From: Gemmatimonadaceae bacterium
GTDB lineage: Bacteria; Gemmatimonadota; Gemmatimonadetes; Gemmatimonadales; Gemmatimonadaceae
Length of the DNA stretch: 64,000 nucleotides
Direction of reading: 5' to 3'
Assembly (NCBI GenBank): GCA_035533755.1
Contig: DATLTC010000062.1
Location: 15,181 to 79,180, forward strand
A program made the translations under genes and the position numbers. This document shows positions 36,630 through 44,837 of the stretch, in pieces (position 1 is the stretch's first letter; each line of letters starts with the position of its first letter). The notes under the pieces were generated by a model, which saw nothing but the letters and a program-made list of their open reading frames with translations, had not been told where the DNA came from and made no database searches.

Positions 36630-36651
36630 GGGCCCCGCGATCGCGAGGCCC
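36630..36651 (-). terminator. hairpin downstream of yggX
   Basis: GGGCC.CGCGATCGCG.GGCCC near-palindrome. On the minus strand it is followed by TTGACTTTAG. Confidence 0.35.
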
Positions 36652-36729
36652 GGTGTCTGCATTGTTAGCGCGGTGGTATATACGAGGCGGGTGGCCGACC
36701 GTCAACAGATCGGCACACCGGTTAACTCG

Positions 36730-37008
36730 CTACCAGGTGATGGAGCCCTTCTTGCTTGTGTCGACGTCCTCTTCCTGGCCTGCGTTGAAGAGGAACGCCT
36801 GCATGTTTCGCGTCAGGAAGCTTCGCGCTTGCGGATCCATGACATTCAATCCGTAGTGATTGATGAGCATGGTCTGCTGCTTGAGCCAGAGGGCCCAGCA
36901 GTCCCGGCAGATCTCGGCCACGACCCGCGCGCCGACCGGGCCCGGGAATGGCGCGCGCTCGAATCCCGCCTTGGTCTGACCGCAGCGTGTGCAGGTGATG
37001 TCCGTCAT
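36730..37008 (-). CDS. yggX: Fe(2+)-trafficking / oxidative-damage protection protein
   Basis: 'CTRCGQTKAGFERAPFPG..G..V...IC..CW..W...QTMLINHYGLN' closely follows E. coli YggX. Confidence 0.85.
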   Translation of the reverse strand: MTDITCTRCGQTKAGFERAPFPGPVGARVVAEICRDCWALWLKQQTMLINHYGLNVMDPQARSFLTRNMQAFLFNAGQEEDVDTSKKGSITW

Positions 37009-37030
37009 CGGGAGGGAGGCGACGTCCGCA

Positions 37031-37783
37031 TCAGGTTTCGCGCGCGTATTCGACCTTCGCGAGGCCGAACAGCTGCAGCAGTCTGATGTACGTCCACCCG
37101 ATGTCGAACTCGTACCACTTGGCTTTGAACTTGGCGGACCGGGGATCGGCGTGATGGTTGTTGTGCAGTTCCTCGCCGCCGAGCCAGAAGGCGATGGGGA
37201 CGATGTTCCGGCTCGCGTCTTTGACGTCGAAATTCCGGTAGCCGAGGGCATGGCCGATGCCGTTCACCACGCCGGCCGCCCAGAAGGGGATCCACAGCAT
37301 CTGCACGGCCCAGACGAGGGGCCCGACGAAGAATCCGAACAGGTAGATGTCGATGCCGAGCATGACCAGGATGCCGAGCCAGTTGAGGGGCGACAGCAGA
37401 TGGCGTTCGATCCAGTCGTTGGGGGTACCCCTGCCGTACTTCTCGAGGATTCCTGGTTGGCGGACAGCCTTCCGGTAATAGAAGGCGCCCTTGAGCACGA
37501 TGTTGCGGAGCCCTTCAAGGAGCGGGCTGTGCGGATCACCTTCGCGGTCGGCGAATGCGTGGTGCTTGCGGTGACAGGCTACCCATTCCTTGGTGACGAT
37601 GGCGGTGGTAAGCCACAGCCACAGCCGCATGGGCAGCGCCGCCAGGTAGTGCAGACGAACACCGCGATGGGTCTGGGCCCGATGCAGGAACAGCGTGACG
37701 CATACGTTCGTGATATGCCCAGCGACCAGGATGAACAGCAACGGGATCCACCATCGAGCGGCCAACACGCCGAAACCTGGCAT
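37031..37783 (-). CDS. membrane fatty-acid (acyl-CoA/acyl-lipid) desaturase
   Basis: Three His boxes: 'HRAQTH', 'HRKHHAFAD' and 'HNNHHADP'. ATG at 37783. The gene ends 22 nt before yggX. Confidence 0.85.
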   Translation of the reverse strand: MPGFGVLAARWWIPLLFILVAGHITNVCVTLFLHRAQTHRGVRLHYLAALPMRLWLWLTTAIVTKEWVACHRKHHAFADREGDPHSPLLEGLRNIVLKGAFYYRKAVRQPGILEKYGRGTPNDWIERHLLSPLNWLGILVMLGIDIYLFGFFVGPLVWAVQMLWIPFWAAGVVNGIGHALGYRNFDVKDASRNIVPIAFWLGGEELHNNHHADPRSAKFKAKWYEFDIGWTYIRLLQLFGLAKVEYARET

Positions 37784-37894
37784 TCCACACTCCGGGTTGT
37801 CGGATAACGGCAGTGCCCGCACCGAGATGCGGGCCAGGGGGCGCACAATCCCGAAATCTAGTCCGCGCGGGAGACGCGTGCTACACCTGTCGGG

Positions 37895-39916
37895 TCACGG
37901 TCTGGAGCCGATGGGGTAAGCCAGTCCTCCGCCGGTAGACGGCATTCCGGCATCAACCGCCGGCGCATCGCCCCAGACGTCATTTGCCGGGTTCCAGTCG
38001 GGCACATCGGGATCGGGCCAGAGGTGCACGCCCACCACCTGGCCGCGGGCCGGAATGGAGGCCGTGTAGTGATCTCCGATGTTCCAGACCTGCACCGGGA
38101 AGCGAAAGTCCTGCGTAGAGCCATCGGCGTACTTCACGCGAAGCGCGACCGGAAACGGAACGGACGTGTGCTTGGTGAGGGTGATGTCGGCCACGCGCTG
38201 GCCGTCGACGGTCCGCATGCCGACGCGGTCGATGCCGATGTCCAGCACATCCGTGGTGTACCAGAAGGCGTGCCAGAACCAGCTGAGATCCTCGCCGGAG
38301 ACATTCTCCACGGTGCGGAAGAAATCGGCGGGGGTCGGGTGCTTGAATGCCCATCGCCGCACGTACTCGCGCATGGCGCGGTCCATGGTTTCGCGTCCGA
38401 TCACGTTGTCGCGGAGCGCGAGCAGCACGGCGCCCGGCTTGCGATATCCGATCGCGCCGAGGGCGCGGGCGTCGATGCGATCGGGCGGGGTGAGGAGGGG
38501 GACGTCGACGCGTTGGTCAACGGCCTGGCGCCAACTCTGCATGTATCCGGCGAACGCGCTCGTGCCGGGGTAGCGGCGCTCGTTGGAGAAGGCGTTCTGA
38601 TAGGTGTTGAAGCCCTCGTCCTGCCAGGCATAGCGGCGCTCGTTGGACCCGACGATCATCGGGAACCATTCGTGGCCGTGTTCATGATCGATGGTTCCGA
38701 ACGTGGAGTTCGCTTGGCCGGTGCCGTAGTGCACCATGACGAACATCGGATATTCCATGCCGCCGACCGGCCCGGCCACGGAGGTGGCGCTGGGGTAAGG
38801 ATATGGGTACCACAGTTGCGAGTATGTCTTGATGGTCCATTGGGTCTGTTCGGCGCCGGTTTCCCAGGCGCTACCGGCCTTGGGGTATTGATAGAAGGCC
38901 TGGATGCGCACGCCGTGCCAGCTGGTGGCATCCCAACGGAAATCGGGCGCCGCGGCCCACGCCACGTCACGCACGCTGTCGGCGTGGAAGCGCCAGGTCC
39001 TGGTGCCCGGCGTGACGCGGGCCCGGGCTTCGTCGCGGGTGATGACGCTGACCTGCTGCTCGGTGCGCATGGCCTGGGCAAGGCGCTCCCGCTCGGCGGG
39101 GCTGAGTACCTCACTGTCGTTCTGCAGCATGCCGCTGCCGGCCACCGTGTAGCCCGCGGGGACGGTGACGGCGTAGTCAAAGGTGCCGTATTCGAGGTAG
39201 AACTCGCCCTGGCCCAGATAGGGGTCGGTGTTCCACCCGCGGACGTCGTCGTACACGACCATTCGAGGATACCACTGCGCGATCTCGTAGAGCGTGCCGT
39301 CGCGTCCCATGCGGTCGGAGCCGTGGTCGGGAACGCGGAACGCAAAATCCATGGCGATGTTCGCGGTGTCGCCGCCAGGCGCCAGGGGGCGGTCGAGATC
39401 GATACGCATCATCGTGTCATCGACGTGTCCGGCGGCCGGTTGCCCATCCACTCGCAGATCGGACAGCGCGTCGCCGCCCTCGAATCCGCGGACGCCCCAC
39501 CGAGAATCGGGCGTGAAGAGCGCCGATCCTTTGCTTCCCGGAGCGTAGAGATTCTGATCGACCTGCAGCCACACGAAGCGCAGCGTGTCGGGGGAGTTGT
39601 TGGTGTAGTGAATGGCCACGTGGCCGCGTACGGTGCGGTTGGTGGTATCGAGCGAGGCGTCGATGCGATAGTCGGCCCGCTGCTGCCAATAGGCGGGGCC
39701 GGGTTGGCCGTCGGCGCTGCGGTATCGATTGGGCGCGGGCAGCCACATGTGATCGATGCGCGTGAACGGATCGTCGGCGAGCGTGCGCACCGAGGTGCCG
39801 GCGCCCGCCATCGCGGCGGCGGTGGCGACGGGATCGATGCGAACAGGGGACATCATCTGCGGCTGCTGCGACGCACAGGCGGTTGCGAGCGCACACAGCA
39901 GGAGGAGGCGGTTCAT
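37895..39916 (-). CDS. M1-family metallo-aminopeptidase, lipoprotein
   Basis: 'HEHGHEWF' (HExxH) plus a downstream Glu. Lipobox 'LATAC' after ATG at 39916. The track's 192-aa N-terminal extension is rejected. Confidence 0.85.
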   Translation of the reverse strand: MNRLLLLCALATACASQQPQMMSPVRIDPVATAAAMAGAGTSVRTLADDPFTRIDHMWLPAPNRYRSADGQPGPAYWQQRADYRIDASLDTTNRTVRGHVAIHYTNNSPDTLRFVWLQVDQNLYAPGSKGSALFTPDSRWGVRGFEGGDALSDLRVDGQPAAGHVDDTMMRIDLDRPLAPGGDTANIAMDFAFRVPDHGSDRMGRDGTLYEIAQWYPRMVVYDDVRGWNTDPYLGQGEFYLEYGTFDYAVTVPAGYTVAGSGMLQNDSEVLSPAERERLAQAMRTEQQVSVITRDEARARVTPGTRTWRFHADSVRDVAWAAAPDFRWDATSWHGVRIQAFYQYPKAGSAWETGAEQTQWTIKTYSQLWYPYPYPSATSVAGPVGGMEYPMFVMVHYGTGQANSTFGTIDHEHGHEWFPMIVGSNERRYAWQDEGFNTYQNAFSNERRYPGTSAFAGYMQSWRQAVDQRVDVPLLTPPDRIDARALGAIGYRKPGAVLLALRDNVIGRETMDRAMREYVRRWAFKHPTPADFFRTVENVSGEDLSWFWHAFWYTTDVLDIGIDRVGMRTVDGQRVADITLTKHTSVPFPVALRVKYADGSTQDFRFPVQVWNIGDHYTASIPARGQVVGVHLWPDPDVPDWNPANDVWGDAPAVDAGMPSTGGGLAYPIGSRP

Positions 39917-40078
39917 GGGCGAAACCTTGGGCGGGGATGTGGGACAAGCTGGCGCATGGAACCCGGCAAACGGAAGGGCGCGGCCCGGCCGGTGGTCGAC
40001 TCCGCGCCGGGCCGCCGGTGATGGGGCCGATCGCGTCGGCGTATCTTTCCTGGCGACGCGATGGGAAGGGAGGGCAGC

Positions 40079-41104
40079 ATGAGCGGAGCAATCCGGGAAA
40101 CGGCGCGGCCGGCGCACCGCCGCGCGGACGGCCGTTTTGAGAACCCGTGGCCCGGGGATAGGGCGCACGGGTTCGGCGAGCTCATGCGTTGGCGGCGCGA
40201 GCGGCGGGCGAAGCCACCGGTGCCGCCGCTGCTTCCGGGAACACTGCCACGGGTGGCGAGCTCGTTCGACCGGCCGCGGGCGGCCCCGGAAACGCTGACC
40301 GCCACATGGGTGGGCCACGCGACGACACTGCTCCAGATCGGGAGTCTCAATGTCCTGACCGATCCGATGTGGAGCCAACGGGCGAGTCCGCTTTCCTGGG
40401 CCGGACCGGCGCGAGTGGTGCCGCCGGCGGTGGCGCTGGACGCGCTGCCGCCGGTCGACATGGTGCTGATCTCGCACAATCACTACGACCATCTAGATGA
40501 GCAAACCGTTAAGGGTCTGCAGTCGCGGCATGCGGAGGCGGTCTGGATGGCGCCGCTCGGCGTGGCCCGCCTGCTGCGGCGGTGGGGGGTGCGGCAGGTG
40601 CACGAACTCGACTGGTGGGCGACCGACCGCGTGGCGGACGCCGAGGTGGCGTGTGTGCCGGCGCGCCATTTCAGTGCGCGCACCCCATGGGATCGAGGCA
40701 AGACGCTCTGGTGCGGGTGGACGATCGCCAACGACGGCTGGCGCGTGTACTTTGCCGGCGACACGGCGTACCACCCAGAGTTTGGCCAGATCGCCGAACG
40801 TCATGGTCCGTTCGACCTTGTGCTGCTCCCGGTGGGCGCGTACGAGCCGCGCTGGTTCATGGGGAGCGTGCACATGAATCCGGAGGACGCGCTGGAGGCG
40901 TACGGCGATCTGAGCCGCGGGCATCCTGACGCGCCGGCGCCGACCCTGCTGCCGATCCACTGGGGAACGTTTCGACTCACCGACGAACCGGTGACCGAGC
41001 CCCCGGCGCGCCTCCGGGCCCGTTGGGCCGACGCCGACCTTCCGGGCGGCGCGCTCTGGCTTGCGGCGCACGGACAAACGCACCGTCGCGAGAGACCCGG
41101 ATGA
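40079..41104 (+). CDS. MBL-fold metallo-hydrolase
   Basis: 'LISHNHYDHLD' metal motif. ATG at 40079 is preceded by GGAGGG. Confidence 0.8.
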   Translation: MSGAIRETARPAHRRADGRFENPWPGDRAHGFGELMRWRRERRAKPPVPPLLPGTLPRVASSFDRPRAAPETLTATWVGHATTLLQIGSLNVLTDPMWSQRASPLSWAGPARVVPPAVALDALPPVDMVLISHNHYDHLDEQTVKGLQSRHAEAVWMAPLGVARLLRRWGVRQVHELDWWATDRVADAEVACVPARHFSARTPWDRGKTLWCGWTIANDGWRVYFAGDTAYHPEFGQIAERHGPFDLVLLPVGAYEPRWFMGSVHMNPEDALEAYGDLSRGHPDAPAPTLLPIHWGTFRLTDEPVTEPPARLRARWADADLPGGALWLAAHGQTHRRERPG

Positions 41105-41145
41105 CGTGCTATACTGGGGAGCGCTTTCCTCGATCCCGATCGCCC

Positions 41146-41790
41146 ATGTCTCGCTCGTTCCGCCTCATCGTCGCCGCCGTGAGCCTGGCGCTGCTGCCCG
41201 CCCGCGTGCGCGCGCAGAATCCCGTGCCCGAACCGCACGCCGTGACCGACGTCATTCTTCGTCCCGGCGACGTGGTGCGACTCAAACTGTGGCCCGAGCA
41301 GCAATACTCGGGGGACTATCAGGTGGAGACCTCGGGCATCGTGGCCATTCCCCTGCTTGGCGAGATGCACGTGGCCGGGAAGCCGTTGAGCGAGGTCCGC
41401 AACGAAGTGCGTGACCGGTACCGTTCACTGACGACGAATGGCGTCGCGATCGTGTCGTTGCAGTTCCGGGTCAGCGTGCTGGGCCAGGTGGCGCGTCCCG
41501 GGTTGTATGCCGTGGACGCCACCCAGTCGGTGTTCGATGCACTGAGCCAGGCGGGCGGGCCCACGCCCGGGGCGGATCTGACGCGCGTTCGACTGATTCG
41601 CGACGATCACATCGTGATCCTCGACGCCAAACAGGCGGAGGAAACGGGCGCCCCGTTGTTGAGCATTCTGCTGCAGTCGGGCGATCGCATCATCGTGCCG
41701 CAGCAGACCATGACCTGGCTCAGCTGGCAGAACGCCCTGACCGCGCTGCAGACGATCGGGTTGATCATCGCCCTCGCGAAGCACCCCTGA
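41146..41790 (+). CDS. short outer-membrane polysaccharide export (OPX/Wza-like) protein
   Basis: Signal peptide, a Poly_export-like segment 'LRPGDVVRLKLW...YQVETSGIVAIPLLGEMHVAGK', an SLBB-like segment 'VSVLGQVARPGLY' and a C-terminal hydrophobic helix. Only 214 aa. Confidence 0.75.
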   Translation: MSRSFRLIVAAVSLALLPARVRAQNPVPEPHAVTDVILRPGDVVRLKLWPEQQYSGDYQVETSGIVAIPLLGEMHVAGKPLSEVRNEVRDRYRSLTTNGVAIVSLQFRVSVLGQVARPGLYAVDATQSVFDALSQAGGPTPGADLTRVRLIRDDHIVILDAKQAEETGAPLLSILLQSGDRIIVPQQTMTWLSWQNALTALQTIGLIIALAKHP

Positions 41791-41832
41791 ACCCGGCGAC
41801 GACCGCGCCCATCAGGCGCGGCCGTCGGATGA

Positions 41833-42462
41833 TCATCGTCCGGTGAGCTGCACCAGGATGTCGTGGATGGCCGGCAATTCAGCGGGCGGCGACGTCAGGA
41901 ACGATTCACTGCTGGAATCGATGAACGCGTTGTAGGCGGCCACGCTGTTGGCGAGCTGGGTGGCCGTGAGGGAGTTGAAGAAGCGCGTGTCCATCGCGAT
42001 CCCTTTGACGAGCAGGCCGCGGAACGACTCCACGAAGGCCTGCGCGTTGGCCGTTGCCTGCGGTGAGGCGTTGTCCGTGGTGAGAATGGTGAGCAGTTGC
42101 GCGGCGGCCTGGCCGCTCGCGCTGCCCCCGGCCGTGACCTCGTACAACAGGTTCTGGGTGGCCGGTGGGGGGCGGTACCCGCCCGTCCCGGCGAAGGACT
42201 GGGAGCTCAACTGCGCATTCACGCGCGCCGCCGTTTCCTGATACGACTGCGCGACCTGGGGCGTGACGAAGGTGATGACGCGCACGGCCCCGCCCACGGA
42301 GACGCCGAACACGGGGCTCACGATACTGCTGGATGTGATCGAGATTCCGCTCACATCCGACTGATTGGCGCCCTGCGCGGCCGCCGGCGCCGCGAGCAGC
42401 GTGAGGAGCGCGCACGCCGTCAGCGCGGCCGACCGTGGCCTACGGGCTTCTGTACACCGCAT
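41833..42462 (-). CDS. secreted hypothetical protein
   Basis: Signal peptide 'ALTACALLTLLAAPAAAQ'. Ala/Ser/Thr/Gln-rich mature part. Overlaps the 3' end of the upstream gene by 23 nt. Confidence 0.5.
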   Translation of the reverse strand: MRCTEARRPRSAALTACALLTLLAAPAAAQGANQSDVSGISITSSSIVSPVFGVSVGGAVRVITFVTPQVAQSYQETAARVNAQLSSQSFAGTGGYRPPPATQNLLYEVTAGGSASGQAAAQLLTILTTDNASPQATANAQAFVESFRGLLVKGIAMDTRFFNSLTATQLANSVAAYNAFIDSSSESFLTSPPAELPAIHDILVQLTGR

Positions 42463-43378
42463 GGAGATCCTCCGGGGACAGCGTACGATTGTCGCGATGG
42501 GCGTTGAACCCATAGCCGATGCTCATGATGAAGCGCGGACCGTTGCCCGCGTGCCGGGTGGCGTCGGCAAACCCGATGGATCCGACGATGCCGCGTCCGG
42601 GAAAGGGCGTGAACGTGAGCCCGGCATCGAGGTCCTGGCCGGTCCAGTCGGCGACCGCGGCGACGGCTGGGATGAGGCGCAGGCCCAAGCCACCGAACAC
42701 GCCGACCGTAGAACGGTGGGCACGGACGTCGGCCTCGGGACGAAACCGGCCATTACCGATGCCGATCGAGGCAGTCAACACGCCGAGCGGCGCATCTTCC
42801 GCCGGGCGCAGTATGAACACGCGCCCCATGGTTCCGAAGACGCTGGTGCCGCCGTCGGTGTTGCCCCAGGTGATCGCGTTCTCGATCCCCGCGGAGAAGA
42901 GCAGCAGGTGCTGCGGATCGCGATGGTGGATCTTGAAGCTGAGGCCGCCGATGGACATTGGGGCGTGGCGAACGGACGAGAACGACGTGAGGGCGACCTC
43001 GAGGGCGAGACCGCCCTCGGGGTCGCCGAACCCCGTTCCGACGCCGAGCCCGCCGTCGGGACGGCTGGTGTAGCGCGTGCGCCCCTGGAACCCGGCACCC
43101 ATGAAGTAGTCGCCGCCGCCAGCGCCGGACGCGGCCGGTGAGCCGAGGCTGCTGCCGGGCGCGCCGAGAAATGTGGCGACGGTGATCTGCTGCACCGGCG
43201 CGGGTTGGACGCGGTAGATGCGCCGAAGCGAGTCAAGGTGAGTGGCCGATGGGCGGGCGGTGCCGGCCACTTGCGCGTCCAGTCTCGCGGCGCTGAACGC
43301 AGCTGAGAGGACGCACCAGGTGGCGAGCGTCCTGGTGGTGCGAGATGCCAGGGACCGGCGGGTGGGTATGTGGGCCAT
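42440..43378 (-). CDS. putative outer-membrane beta-barrel protein
   Basis: Signal peptide. Gly-rich alternating hydrophobic pattern ('GLALEVALTSF', 'GGLSFKIHH', 'GVFGGLGLRL', 'FIMSIGYGF'). ATG at 43378. Confidence 0.55.
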   Translation of the reverse strand: MAHIPTRRSLASRTTRTLATWCVLSAAFSAARLDAQVAGTARPSATHLDSLRRIYRVQPAPVQQITVATFLGAPGSSLGSPAASGAGGGDYFMGAGFQGRTRYTSRPDGGLGVGTGFGDPEGGLALEVALTSFSSVRHAPMSIGGLSFKIHHRDPQHLLLFSAGIENAITWGNTDGGTSVFGTMGRVFILRPAEDAPLGVLTASIGIGNGRFRPEADVRAHRSTVGVFGGLGLRLIPAVAAVADWTGQDLDAGLTFTPFPGRGIVGSIGFADATRHAGNGPRFIMSIGYGFNAHRDNRTLSPEDLHAVYRSP

Positions 43379-43601
43379 CCACCGCAAGATAAGGGGCCGA
43401 ACGGGGGGCCGAAACGCTAAAGTCTGTATTGGCTCTGGACGGTAGCGGACATTATATCTCTAGTCCCGTAACTCGCCCGGGGCCGATTGGGTTCGGGCAG
43501 AGTGCAAGTGGCGATCCAGAGCACGAAAACATTTGTTTTTGGCTGTATTCGGCGACAGTCGCTCTGGATTGCTGCATCTCGCGGCCTATCGACCGAGGCG
43601 C

Positions 43602-44837
43602 GTGCGCATCGTTTACCTGAGTGGAACTGCCCAGCTTGGCGGAGCGGAACGCTGCCTGCTGGACGTGATGCAGAGCGTGCATGCCGATCAACCGGCGTGG
43701 ACGTTGATGCTCGTCGCGCCGCGCGACGGTCCGCTGGTGGAGCGCGCGCGCGCGTTGGGGTTTGGCGCCGAAGTCGTGCCGATTCCGAACAGCGTGGCGA
43801 GGCTGGGCGACTCGGCTACGCGGGGGCATCTGTTCCGACTGCTGGCGTTGGGCGCGCGCGCGGTGGGAGCGGCAGGGGGCGTAGCGCGCTATCGACGCCG
43901 GCTCCGGCGTGCGTTGGAGCGCCTGCGGCCCGATGTGGTGCACACCAACGGGTACAAGATGCACGTGATGGGCGCGTGGAGCCGCCCGCGTTCGGCGGCG
44001 CTGCTGTGGCACCTACATGACTACGTGTCGTCGCGTCCGATGATGGCGCGGGCGATGCGGCGTGTTTCACGGGACTGCGATGCCGCGGTGGCGGTATCGC
44101 CGAGCGTGGCACGGGACATGGCGCCATACTGGCGCGGGCGGTCGCCGGTGGCTGTGGTGCTGAATGGTGTTGACGTCGACGCGTTCCGGCCCGATGGACC
44201 GCGGGCCGATCTCGATGGACTGGCAGGTCTGCCGCCAGCTCCGCCGTCGACCGTCCGCGTGGGGCTCGTGGCGACGCTGGGGCGGTTCAAGGGGCACGAC
44301 GTGTTTCTGCGGGCCATCGCGCGTCTTCCGCAGGAGCTGCCACTGCGTGCATATGTCGTGGGCGGATCGTTGTACGAAACGCGAGGCAGCGAAGTCTCAC
44401 TGGACACTCTGCGGCAGATGAGCCACGAGCTCGGCATCGAGGCACGGGTGGGATTCACGGGGTTCGTGAGCGAACCGGCCACGGCGATGCGGGCGCTGGA
44501 CGTGATCGTGCATGCGACGACGGTGCCGGAGCCGTTCGGGCTCGTGATTGTGGAGGGGATGGCATGCGGTCGAGCGGTGATCGCGAGCGCGGCTGGAGGT
44601 GCGGCGGAGATCGTCGATGCGGAGGTCGACGCATTGACCCATGTACCCGGCGACGTGGGTGGGTTGGCGGTAGCGATCGAGCGGTTGGTGGTGGATGATG
44701 CATTGCGCCGCCGGCTCGGGGCCGCTGGGCGGCGGAGCGCGGAGTTGCGATTCAATCGCGATCGACTGGGCACGGCGATGGTTCCGATCTATCGAACCGC
44801 GGTGGCGAGCGCGGGGAAGGAGCGGCGGTCGGCATGA
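43602..44837 (+). CDS. glycosyltransferase family 4 (GT-B)
   Basis: 'PEPFGLVIVEGMACGRAVIASAAGGAAEIV' EX7E-type motif. GTG at 43602 gives 'RIVYLSGTAQLGGAER'. Confidence 0.8.
   Translation: MRIVYLSGTAQLGGAERCLLDVMQSVHADQPAWTLMLVAPRDGPLVERARALGFGAEVVPIPNSVARLGDSATRGHLFRLLALGARAVGAAGGVARYRRRLRRALERLRPDVVHTNGYKMHVMGAWSRPRSAALLWHLHDYVSSRPMMARAMRRVSRDCDAAVAVSPSVARDMAPYWRGRSPVAVVLNGVDVDAFRPDGPRADLDGLAGLPPAPPSTVRVGLVATLGRFKGHDVFLRAIARLPQELPLRAYVVGGSLYETRGSEVSLDTLRQMSHELGIEARVGFTGFVSEPATAMRALDVIVHATTVPEPFGLVIVEGMACGRAVIASAAGGAAEIVDAEVDALTHVPGDVGGLAVAIERLVVDDALRRRLGAAGRRSAELRFNRDRLGTAMVPIYRTAVASAGKERRSA

Noticed and set aside
43437-43448. An ops-like element (GACGGTAGCGGA, 9 of 12 matches to the RfaH ops consensus GGCGGTAGCGTG) upstream of the EPS operon.
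   Set aside because: Three mismatches include conserved positions. The element falls in the spacer of the best candidate promoter, so it would not be transcribed. No NusG/RfaH paralogue is encoded in the window.
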